A stretch of DNA of 63,912 nucleotides, counting the filler, from Sandaracinaceae bacterium (GTDB lineage Bacteria; Myxococcota_A; Polyangia; Polyangiales; JADJQN01): NCBI GenBank assembly GCA_947483975.1. It is 3 parts of 3 records of this genome, joined end to end, with 100 filler letters (N's around TTAATTAATTAA, not from the genome) between each part and the next. Parts side by side here need not be neighbours in the genome. Positions count along the whole stretch, not along the records: positions 24,924 to 49,585 come from CANKOL010000032.1; 2 more parts are not named here. One strand, 5' to 3'. The position numbers and the translations under genes are program-made. The notes beneath the pieces are model-generated. The model worked only from the letters and a program-made list of their open reading frames with translations. It was not told where the DNA came from and searched no databases. Below, in pieces: positions 36,105 to 44,577 of the stretch; position 1 is the stretch's first letter; each line of letters begins with the position of its first letter.

Positions 36105-38395
36105 CACGCCAGCGCTTTGGCGGCGCTCTCGAGGACGCCCGCGAGCTCCGCGACGTGCCGCGGCAGGAGGATGTTCGCGGGGCGGAACCGCACGCTCCGC
36201 GCGCCCGAGCCGCCGCACTCGACGCCGCCTCTGCGCAGCGCCTCGAGGAGCTTGGCGAGCGTCTGAGGGTCACGCGCGTCGACCGCCGCGAACGTGCCGC
36301 GCCCGCGCGCGTTCGAGAGGACGCCGGGGTACTTCGCGCTGAGCTCCTCGAGGGTCTTCACGAGGAGCGCGCCGGTGCTCCGCGCGTTGTCGAGGAGGCC
36401 GTCGCGCTCGGTGATCTCGATGATGACCTCGAGCTGCGCGAGCCGCAGCGGGTCGCCGAGGAAGGTGTTGAAGATCCGCAGCGGCTCGGCCGGGAAGAAC
36501 TCTTCTTTGCAGTAGTAGCCGCCCGTCTGCAGCTTCTTCGAGAACGTGACGAGGTCCGGCGGATCGTCGAGGCCCCACGCCTCGTGCGCCCACCACGCGC
36601 CGGTCGAGCCGCCGCAGGTCTGCACCTCATCGGCGATGAACGCGACGCCGTGCTCGCTCGCCAGGCGCCGCAGCCTTCGGAAGAAGTCCGCGCTCGCGTG
36701 GCAGTCGCCGCCTTCCCCTTGGATGGGCTCCACGATCAGCGCCGCGACCTCGTCTGGGTGCGCCTCGAAGACGGCGCGCACGGCGTCGAGCGAGCGCTCC
36801 TCGGCCGCGAGGTTCTCTGCGGCGTGCTCGGCGAGCGGAAATCTGTTCGCGGGGAACGGCGCTGTCGGCCACGCGAACGCGGGGAAGTCGACCTTGTGGA
36901 TCGCCTTGCTGCGAGTCGCCGAGAGCGCGCCGAGCGAGCGGCCGTGAAAGCCCCCCTCGAAGGAGAGCACCTTGAAGGCGTTCGCCATCGGCTGAGCGTT
37001 CTGCATGCACGAGGCGAGGTCGGCGTCCGTCGGGCCCTTGCCGCCGCGGCGACGGCGCGCCAGCCAGACGAAGGCCGCCTTGAGCGCGTTCTCGACGGCC
37101 TCCGCGCCGGTCGTCACGGTGACGAGCTTCGTGAGGCCCTTCGGCGCGATGCGGGTCATCGCCCCGGTGACGAGGTCGACCCACTCGGGCGAAGGCGCGA
37201 CGCCGAGCGCCGGTCGGTAGCCTGCGCACCAGTCGAAGCGCCCGGACTTCCACGCGGCGAGGAGGTCAGGGTGGTTGTAGCCGATAGGCAAGCACGCGAT
37301 GTGTCCGTACACGTCGAGGAGGACATTGCCGTCGACGTCGACGAGGTAGTTGCCGCGGCTCTTCTTCGCGTCTTGATAGACGTGCACCGTGCGCGCGTCC
37401 TGGATCGCTGAGTGCCGCTGCCGCAGCTCCTCGGTGCGGGGCCCGGGGATCGTGGTCTTGAGCTCGAGGTGGTCGGGCTCGCCGGGAATACGAGGAGTGG
37501 TCATGGTCTTTGGAGGATATTGGTGGACGACGGTGTGGAGCAGAGGGGCCAACGCGGGCTCGTCATGGAGGGAGCTCGGCGGCTCGAGGAGCGGGACCAG
37601 CGGGCCCGAGAAGGCGGCGAGGGTGTCGAGCGTGTGCGCGCGCGGCGGGGCCAGATCGGCCTCGCGGCAGTGCGCCGACACGACGCGATAGAGGTGCTCC
37701 ACGAACGCCGCCGCGAGGTGTCGCGGGAGCGCGCGCGCGGTCTCGTGGCCGACCCAGCGGACGACCGCGAGGAGCGGCACCGGGCGCAGCCGATCGGCGT
37801 CGATGAGCGCGTGCTCGCGATAGTCCGGCTGACAGTAAGGCAGCACGCGCGGGTCGATGATCTTGAAGCCCGCGCGCCCGTAGACGAGGAGCCGGACGCG
37901 CGTCTCCTCCGACTCGGCGACAGGCTCCATCTCGGCCGCGAGCACGAGATCGACGTCGCTTACTCCTTGTTCCCGCAGCTCCGACACGGCGCGTCGGCCG
38001 AGCGACGCGGGCACTTCGCGGAGCAGGCTCGCGAGCCCCGTGCGCCGATGAGCCGGCAGCACGACGGCGTGCGAGAGAAAGACCACGACGACGCGCGCGT
38101 CGCGGTCGACGCTCACATGACAGTCGCGGACGGCGGCGAGGTCGCCGGCTTCGTCGCGCGCGACGACGAGCTTGTAGCCGGTGGTGGGGCCGGCGCTGGC
38201 GAAGTACGCGAGGAGCGCGGGCCGGGTCTCGAGCTCGCCCTTGGCGGCGAACTCGTCGTGGAGGACCGTGTACGCGGCCTCGAAGCTCGGGTCCTCGGGG
38301 GACGCGACCAGCGAGAGCGCGTAGCGGTCCCACGCCGCGCGCGCCTTGGCGTCGCCCGGCGGAAGCTCGGTCAGCGCGAGGAGAGGCTGCGTCAC
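36104..38395 (-). CDS. gabT: Fusion of a GNAT-fold acetyltransferase (N-terminal) and a eukaryote-type 4-aminobutyrate aminotransferase (class III PLP)
   Basis: N-terminal VLPAHRRTGLAS (GNAT motif A) and YGRAGF. From 37504: KTTIPGP, SRGNYLVDVDGN, FHGRSLGALSATRSKAIHK, IVEPIQGEGG, DEVQT, TFSKK. Confidence 0.88.
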   Translation of the reverse strand: MTQPLLALTELPPGDAKARAAWDRYALSLVASPEDPSFEAAYTVLHDEFAAKGELETRPALLAYFASAGPTTGYKLVVARDEAGDLAAVRDCHVSVDRDARVVVVFLSHAVVLPAHRRTGLASLLREVPASLGRRAVSELREQGVSDVDLVLAAEMEPVAESEETRVRLLVYGRAGFKIIDPRVLPYCQPDYREHALIDADRLRPVPLLAVVRWVGHETARALPRHLAAAFVEHLYRVVSAHCREADLAPPRAHTLDTLAAFSGPLVPLLEPPSSLHDEPALAPLLHTVVHQYPPKTMTTPRIPGEPDHLELKTTIPGPRTEELRQRHSAIQDARTVHVYQDAKKSRGNYLVDVDGNVLLDVYGHIACLPIGYNHPDLLAAWKSGRFDWCAGYRPALGVAPSPEWVDLVTGAMTRIAPKGLTKLVTVTTGAEAVENALKAAFVWLARRRRGGKGPTDADLASCMQNAQPMANAFKVLSFEGGFHGRSLGALSATRSKAIHKVDFPAFAWPTAPFPANRFPLAEHAAENLAAEERSLDAVRAVFEAHPDEVAALIVEPIQGEGGDCHASADFFRRLRRLASEHGVAFIADEVQTCGGSTGAWWAHEAWGLDDPPDLVTFSKKLQTGGYYCKEEFFPAEPLRIFNTFLGDPLRLAQLEVIIEITERDGLLDNARSTGALLVKTLEELSAKYPGVLSNARGRGTFAAVDARDPQTLAKLLEALRRGGVECGGSGARSVRFRPANILLPRHVAELAGVLESAAKALA

Positions 38396-38405
38396 GCTCG
38401 AGGAC

Positions 38406-39806
38406 TCACGCCGACATCTCGACGAGCACCGCGTCGAAGACGCCCAGCGCGTCGTCGACCTCCGCCGGGCGCGTCACGAGGTGCGGTCGCAGGCGCACCG
38501 AGCGGGTGCCCGTGTACGTCGCCATCACGCCGCGCCGCTGCGCGCGCTTGAGAAAGTCGTCGCGCAGGGCCGCCGTCGGCAGGTCGAACGCGAGGAGAAA
38601 GCCCTGGCCGCGAGGCGACGTCACGAGGGCCGGATAGCGCTCGGCGAGCGCCTCGATCCCGGACAGAAAGTGCGCGCCCGTGGACTTCACGTTCGTCAGC
38701 AGGTCGTCGCTCGCGATCGTGCGGAGGATCTCGAGGCCGAGCAGCGCGCGCGCGCGGTCGCCGTTGCGCGTCTGGTACATGCGCCCGAACTGCGAGATGG
38801 CGTAGTCCGCGCTGGCGAAGAAGCCGCCCATCTGCATCTTCTTGCCGAACGTCACCATATCCGGCGGCTCGGGCAGCTCGAATTGCTCGTGCGCCCAGAG
38901 CGTGCCGCTCGGCCCGCAGCCCGTCTGCACCTCGTCGAAGATGAGCGCCGCTCCCGCCTGCCTCGTGAGCGCCTGCACGCGCCGGAAGAACGCGGGGCTC
39001 GCGTGCCTGTCGCCGCCCTCGGACTGCAGCGGCTCGACGATGACCGCCGCGACGCGCCCGGCGTGCCGCGCGAGGACGTGCGCGAGCTCCGTCAGCGACG
39101 CCTCCTCTGCGCGCGCGTTCTCGTCGGGGAAGCGCGCGAGCGGATAGCGGCTCTCCGGGAAGGGCACCTGCGGCCAAGGGAACGCGGGCAGGTCGGCCTT
39201 GTGCATCAGCTTGCTGTGCGTCGCCGACAGCGGGCCGAGGCCGCGGCCGTGAAACGCGCCGCCGAACGAGACGATGACCGCGTCCGTGCCCGCGTTGTCG
39301 AGGACCGCGCGCTGCTCGCCCTCCGGGAGCTCGAGCGGGTTCGGCGACCTGCCGTCGGCCTTGCGGCGCCGCTCGCCGTGCACGATGAACGCCGCCTTCA
39401 TCGCGCTCTCGACGCCCTCGCCGCCGGCGTCGACGCAGTACATCTTGGTCATGCCGCGCGGCGCAAAGCGCGCGCCGATCTCCTCGACGTACTCGATCCA
39501 GAACGGCGTCGTGAGGAACGGCGTCGAGGTCGGGTTGACCGACGCGTGCGCGAACGCCGGCGAGCGCGCGAGGTCGAGCAGCGCGGGGTGGTTGTAGCCG
39601 AGCGCGCCGAGCGCGAAGCTCGCGAAGAGGTCGAGGAAGACGTTGCCGTCGACGTCGTGGAGCCAAGGGCCCGACGAGGTCACGTCGTCCGCGATCACCG
39701 CGCGGTAGATCGACTGCATGTCGAAGCCGCCCCTCGCGATCAGCGCTTTGGCGAGGGGGCCTGGGAGCTCGGTCGTGACGAGGCGCTGGCTCTTCGGGGT
39801 GGTCAT
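38406..39806 (-). CDS. Class III aminotransferase (lysine 6-aminotransferase / GABA-AT subfamily)
   Basis: DVDGNVFLD, LGYNHP, FHGRGLG, VEPLQSEGGD, FDEVQTG, TFGKK, LRPHL. Confidence 0.9.
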   Translation of the reverse strand: MTTPKSQRLVTTELPGPLAKALIARGGFDMQSIYRAVIADDVTSSGPWLHDVDGNVFLDLFASFALGALGYNHPALLDLARSPAFAHASVNPTSTPFLTTPFWIEYVEEIGARFAPRGMTKMYCVDAGGEGVESAMKAAFIVHGERRRKADGRSPNPLELPEGEQRAVLDNAGTDAVIVSFGGAFHGRGLGPLSATHSKLMHKADLPAFPWPQVPFPESRYPLARFPDENARAEEASLTELAHVLARHAGRVAAVIVEPLQSEGGDRHASPAFFRRVQALTRQAGAALIFDEVQTGCGPSGTLWAHEQFELPEPPDMVTFGKKMQMGGFFASADYAISQFGRMYQTRNGDRARALLGLEILRTIASDDLLTNVKSTGAHFLSGIEALAERYPALVTSPRGQGFLLAFDLPTAALRDDFLKRAQRRGVMATYTGTRSVRLRPHLVTRPAEVDDALGVFDAVLVEMSA

Positions 39807-39904
39807 GGCGCGGCAAGTATCGAGCAGCGCGGCGCGCTTGTCACCGCGCTCGACTCAGCGCGCTTGAGGTGTCTGCGCCGTTCGTGGTCTGCTGCGGCTC
39901 GCTC

Positions 39905-41302
39905 ATGGCATCTCCGCTCCGACCGATCGAAGAGGCCTGTTATTGGCTCGCCAAGCACCAGCGTCCGGCGCTGCCGCCGCTCCGCGGGAGGCGCGAGGCA
40001 GACCTCGCGATCATCGGCGCGGGCTTCACGGGCCTCTGGACGGCGCACTTTCTAAAAGAGCTCGAGCCGAGCCTCGAGATCGTCGTCGTCGAGCAGGCGA
40101 CCGCGGCGTACGGCGCGAGCGGGCGCAACGCCGGGATGGTCCTCGACACGATCGATCACTCGCACGACCTCGCCATCTCGCACTTCGGTGAGGCAGAGGC
40201 CCAACGCCTCGCGACCCTCGGGCGCGACAACGTCGACGAGCTGCTCGCGACGCTCGCGGCGCGCGGGATCGACTGCGACGTCGAGCGAACTGGCACGCTC
40301 ATCGTCGCGCTCCACGACGCGCACCTCGAGGGCTTTCGCGCGGACGTCGAGCGCGCGCGCGCGTTCGGGATCGATGACCTCCAGGTCCTCGACGCCGGCG
40401 AGGTGCGGCAGCGCCTCCACAGCGAGCGCTACCTCGGTGGGCTCTTCAACCCGCACGGCGCGGTGCTCGATCCCGCCGCGCTCGTGGAGGGCCTCGCGCG
40501 CGATGTGCGGGCGCGCGGCGTGTCGATCTACGAGCAGACGCGCGTGACGAGCCTCGAGCGGGACGGGGAGCGCGTCCGCCTGCGCACGCTCGCCGGCGAG
40601 CCGGGTGAGGTCGTCGCGAAGACCGCGATCCTCGCGACGAACGCGTACAGCCACCTCCTCCTGCCCTCGCTGAGCCGCTACTTCGTCCCGCTCTACGACT
40701 ACATCCTCGTGAGCGAGCCGCTCGACCGAGCGCAGCGCGCCGCGCTCGGCTGGCGCGGGCGCGAGGGCGTCAACGACGTGCGCACGTTCTTCAACTACTA
40801 CCGGCTGACGAAGGACGACCGCGTGCTCTGGGGCTCGAGCGACGCGTCCTATTACGGCGACAACCGCGTGGACGCGTCCTGCGATCACTCCGAGCGCCAC
40901 TACGCGGCGCTGCGCGCGAGCTTCGCGGCGCATTTTCCTGCCCTCGCGGGCCTCGCGTTTCCGTACGCCTGGGGCGGTCCCATCGACGCGACGACGCGCT
41001 TCACGCCGTTCTTCGGGACCGCGCACGGCGGCCGCGTCCTCTACGGCCTCGGCTTCACGGGGCACGGGATCGCGACGACGCACCTCGCGGGCAAGCTCCT
41101 CGCGCACCTGGGCCTCGCGAAGCCGAGCGCGCTGCTCGACCTCGCGCTCGTGCGCAAGAAGCCGTTCCCGTATCCGCCGGAGCCGTTTCGCTCGTGGGGA
41201 GTCGCCGCAGTCACGCGCGATCTGCGGCGCCTCGACGAGGGCGGTACGCCGAGCCTCCTGCTGCGCGCGCTCGATCTGCTCGGGATCGGCCTCTCGAGCT
41301 AG
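39905..41302 (+). CDS. FAD-dependent amine oxidoreductase (DAO family, PuuB-like)
   Basis: IIGAGFTGLWTA, GASGRNAG, LATNAY, NYYRLTKDDRVLWG, WGGPID, GFTGHGIA. Confidence 0.9.
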   Translation: MASPLRPIEEACYWLAKHQRPALPPLRGRREADLAIIGAGFTGLWTAHFLKELEPSLEIVVVEQATAAYGASGRNAGMVLDTIDHSHDLAISHFGEAEAQRLATLGRDNVDELLATLAARGIDCDVERTGTLIVALHDAHLEGFRADVERARAFGIDDLQVLDAGEVRQRLHSERYLGGLFNPHGAVLDPAALVEGLARDVRARGVSIYEQTRVTSLERDGERVRLRTLAGEPGEVVAKTAILATNAYSHLLLPSLSRYFVPLYDYILVSEPLDRAQRAALGWRGREGVNDVRTFFNYYRLTKDDRVLWGSSDASYYGDNRVDASCDHSERHYAALRASFAAHFPALAGLAFPYAWGGPIDATTRFTPFFGTAHGGRVLYGLGFTGHGIATTHLAGKLLAHLGLAKPSALLDLALVRKKPFPYPPEPFRSWGVAAVTRDLRRLDEGGTPSLLLRALDLLGIGLSS

Positions 41303-41421
41303 GCAATCCCGTCGAACGCGGAGCGCGGCAGTCGGAATTGGATGAGCGATGGCGGGTGCCGTCGCCGTCGTGGGTGCGCGCTGGAAGGCCTCACTTGGGT
41401 CGGGGCGTGTAGCATTGGCCG

Positions 41422-42867
41422 ATGACCGAAGCGCACGTTCGACCCGGTAAGCTCCTCATCGGTGGCCAAGAGCTCGACGCCAAGAGCGGCGAGACGCTCG
41501 ACACCGTCAACCCCGCGACTGGCGCGCGCCTCACCACGCTCGCGCGCGGGAGCGCCGTAGACGTCGACGACGCGGTGCGCTCAGCGCGGGTCGGCTTCGA
41601 GGCGTGGACGAAGCTCGGGCACGCCGAGCGCGCGCGCATCCTCTGGAAGGTCGGCGAGCTGATGATGGCGAAGCTCGAGGAGCTCGCGGTGCTCGAGACG
41701 CTCGACACGGGCAAGCCCATCGCCGCGTCGCGCCTCGTCGACGTCCCTCGGAGCGCCGACACGTTCTTCTACTTCTCGGGCTGGGCGACGAAGCTCCACG
41801 GCGAGACGATCCCCGTGCGAGGTCCGTTCCTCAACTACACGGTCCGAGAGCCGCTCGGCGTGATCGGCGCGATCATCCCCTGGAATTTCCCGCTCCTGCT
41901 CGGCACTCGAAAGGTCGCCGCGGCGCTCGCCGCGGGCAACTCCGTCGTGCTCAAGCCACCCGAGCAGGCGAGCCTCGCCTGCCTCGAGCTCGGCAAGCTC
42001 CTCCTCGAGGCGGGCGCGCCTCCGGGCGTGCTCAACGTCGTGACGGGCCTCGGCGAGGAGGCGGGCGCCGCCCTCGTCGAGCACCCGGGCGTCGACAAGA
42101 TCTCGTTCACCGGCGGGACGGCGACGGGCAAGCGCATCATGCGCGCCGCCGCGAGCACGCTGAAGCGGGTCTCGCTCGAGCTCGGCGGCAAGAGCGCGAA
42201 CATCATCTTCGCGGACGCGAACCTCGACGTCGCCATCCCCGCGGCCGTCCGCGCGGTGTTCTACAACCAGGGGGAGCTCTGCACGGCGGGCACTCGCCTC
42301 CTCGTCGAGCGGAGCATCCACGAGCGCGTGCTCGAGGGCGTCGTCGCCGGCGCGAAGGCGCTCAAGGTCGGCGACCCGCTCGACCCGTCGACGCAGATGG
42401 GACCGCTGATCACCGCGGAGCACAGGGCCATGGTCGAGCGGTACATCGCGAGCGGTGAGCAAGAGGGCGCGACGCGTGTCTCCGGCGCGAAGCGAGCCGA
42501 ACCGGGCTTCTTCGTCGAGCCGACGGTCTTCGCCGCCGTCTCGGAGCAGATGACCATCGCGCGCGAGGAGATCTTCGGCCCCGTGCTCAGCGTGATCCCG
42601 TTCGACGGCGTGGACGAGGCCGCGCGGATCGCCGACGCCACGGAGTTCGGGCTCGCGGCGGGCGTCTGGACGAGAGACGTCGGGCGCGCGCACTCGCTCG
42701 CGTCGCGCCTCCGCGCGGGCACCGTCTGGATCAACACGTACAACCTCTTCGACGCAGCGAGCCCCTACGGCGGCTACAAGCAGTCCGGCTTCGGCCGCGA
42801 GAACGGCGCCGAGGTGCTGCAGGAGCTCACGCAGTCGAAGAGCGTCTGGGTCTCGCTCGCGACCTAG
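41422..42867 (+). CDS. NAD-dependent aldehyde dehydrogenase
   Basis: IIPWNFP, FTGGT, LELGGKS, NQGELC, EEIFGPV, GGYKQSGFGRE. Confidence 0.95.
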   Translation: MTEAHVRPGKLLIGGQELDAKSGETLDTVNPATGARLTTLARGSAVDVDDAVRSARVGFEAWTKLGHAERARILWKVGELMMAKLEELAVLETLDTGKPIAASRLVDVPRSADTFFYFSGWATKLHGETIPVRGPFLNYTVREPLGVIGAIIPWNFPLLLGTRKVAAALAAGNSVVLKPPEQASLACLELGKLLLEAGAPPGVLNVVTGLGEEAGAALVEHPGVDKISFTGGTATGKRIMRAAASTLKRVSLELGGKSANIIFADANLDVAIPAAVRAVFYNQGELCTAGTRLLVERSIHERVLEGVVAGAKALKVGDPLDPSTQMGPLITAEHRAMVERYIASGEQEGATRVSGAKRAEPGFFVEPTVFAAVSEQMTIAREEIFGPVLSVIPFDGVDEAARIADATEFGLAAGVWTRDVGRAHSLASRLRAGTVWINTYNLFDAASPYGGYKQSGFGRENGAEVLQELTQSKSVWVSLAT

Positions 42868-42880
42868 CGCCGCGCGCTGC

Positions 42881-44242
42881 TCAGCCGAGCCAGACAGTCT
42901 TCACGTTCGTGAACTCTCGGAGGCCGTAGACCGAGAGCTCGCGGCCGTAGCCCGAGCGCTTGATCCCGCCGAAGGGGATGCGCGGATCGCTCTTCACGAG
43001 CCCGTTCACGAACACCCCGCCCGCCTCGATTTGCACGGCGAGGCGCTCGGCGCGCGCGCGGTCCGCGGTCCACAGGGACGCGCCGAGGCCGTAGGGAGTG
43101 TCGTTCGCGAGCGCGATGGCGTCCTCTTCGCTCTTGGCGCGCGTCACCGCCGCGACGGGGCCGAACGTCTCCTCGTCGAACACCGGCGTGCCCTTCTCGG
43201 CCTCGAGCACGGTCGGCGGATAGAACGCGCCCTTACCGGCGGGGAGCTGCGCCCCACACAGCACCTTCGCGCCCCGGGCGAGCGACTCGGTCACTTGCCG
43301 GTGCAGGTTGTCTCGGAGGTCGAGGCGCGCTTGCGGCCCAATCTGCGTGTCAACGTCGAGGGGATCTCCCAGCTTTCGTCGCTTCACCTCGGCGACGAAG
43401 AGCTCGATGAAGCGGTCCGCGACTTGCTCGACGACGATGAAGCGCTTCGCCGCGATGCAGCTCTGCCCGCTGTTCAAGAGGCGGGCGGCGGCCGCCGTCG
43501 ACGCGGCTCTCGCGAGGTCCGCGTCGGCGAGGACGATGAACGGGTCGCTCCCGCCGAGCTCGAGGACGACCTTCTTCAGCGCGCGGCCCGCCTGCTCGGC
43601 GACGCTGCTGCCGGCGCGCTCGCTCCCCGTCAGCGTGACCGCGACGACGCTCGGGTGCGCGATCGCGCGAGACGCGACCTCGGCGCCTCCGTGCACGACG
43701 CCGAAGAGCCCGCTCGGCAAGCCCGCGTCTCGAAAGACCTGCTCGATGTGGAGCGCGCAGCGCGTGACGTTCGGCGCGTGCTTGAGCACGGCGCCGTTGC
43801 CCGCCATCAGCGCCGGCGCGGCGAAGCGGAAGACCTGCCAAAAAGGGAAATTCCAGGGCATCACGGCGAAGACGACGCCGAGCGGATCGAAGCGCACATA
43901 GCTCTTCTGCGCGTCCGTCTCGTAGACCTCGGGCGCGAGGAGTCGCTCCGCGTTCGTGGCGTAGTAGTCGCACGTCGTCGCGCACTTCTCGGCCTCGGCC
44001 TTCCCCTCGGCGAGGGGCTTCCCCATCTCGAGCGCCATCGTGCGCGCGAAGGGGAGCGCGTCTCTGCGCAGGAGCTCCGCCGCCGCGCGCAGCGCCCCCG
44101 CGCGGTCTGCATAGGAGCGCCGCCGCCACGCGCCGAACGCGTCGTGCGCGCGCAGGACGACGCGGTCGACGTCCTCGTCGCTCGAGGTGTCGAACGTCTC
44201 GAGGAGCTCGCCGTTCGCAGGGTTCCGCGACTCGATGTCCAT
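42881..44242 (-). CDS. sad: Succinate-semialdehyde dehydrogenase (Sad/GabD1 type)
   Basis: AVMPWNFPFWQVFRFAAPALMAGN, LKHA, LTGSERAG, LELGGSDP, NSGQSCIAAKR, EETFGP. Confidence 0.9.
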   Translation of the reverse strand: MDIESRNPANGELLETFDTSSDEDVDRVVLRAHDAFGAWRRRSYADRAGALRAAAELLRRDALPFARTMALEMGKPLAEGKAEAEKCATTCDYYATNAERLLAPEVYETDAQKSYVRFDPLGVVFAVMPWNFPFWQVFRFAAPALMAGNGAVLKHAPNVTRCALHIEQVFRDAGLPSGLFGVVHGGAEVASRAIAHPSVVAVTLTGSERAGSSVAEQAGRALKKVVLELGGSDPFIVLADADLARAASTAAAARLLNSGQSCIAAKRFIVVEQVADRFIELFVAEVKRRKLGDPLDVDTQIGPQARLDLRDNLHRQVTESLARGAKVLCGAQLPAGKGAFYPPTVLEAEKGTPVFDEETFGPVAAVTRAKSEEDAIALANDTPYGLGASLWTADRARAERLAVQIEAGGVFVNGLVKSDPRIPFGGIKRSGYGRELSVYGLREFTNVKTVWLG

Positions 44243-44393
44243 CGTCTCTCGCTCCTCGTTTGGGGGACGCGCATCCTAGCAACGCACGGGCGCGCGCGGC
44301 CAACGTTGACTTTGAGGAGCCGCTTCCCGCAGGCTCAGGCCGGTCGATGCTCTGGTTCAAAAATGCGCGGGGGCTGGCGATGGAGGAACGGTC

Positions 44394-44564
44394 ATGACGC
44401 GAGCAGTGGCCAGCTTCCGATGCGCTCGTGGCGACCTGACCCGCTCGCTCGAGGCGTACTTCCCCTCGTACTGCCTCGGCGTCGTCGTGGACGACCCGAC
44501 GGGCGCTGGCGCAATCCCCAACACGAGCCACCAGACTACGGTCCTCCTGGGCCTCACCACCTGA
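44394..44564 (+). CDS. Candidate 56-aa small ORF upstream of the ABC importer
   Basis: GGAGGA 6 nt before ATG; MTRAVASFRCARGDLTRSLEAYFPSYCLGVVVDDPTGAGAIPNTSHQTTVLLGLTT; ends 13 bp before the next start. Too short for the ORF track. Confidence 0.4.
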   Translation: MTRAVASFRCARGDLTRSLEAYFPSYCLGVVVDDPTGAGAIPNTSHQTTVLLGLTT

Positions 44565-44577
44565 TTCTGAGAGCCGC

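Noticed and set aside
44353..44367. Sigma54-like TGG...TGC promoter
   Set aside because: The GG-to-GC spacing is one base shorter than the strict -24/-12 requirement.
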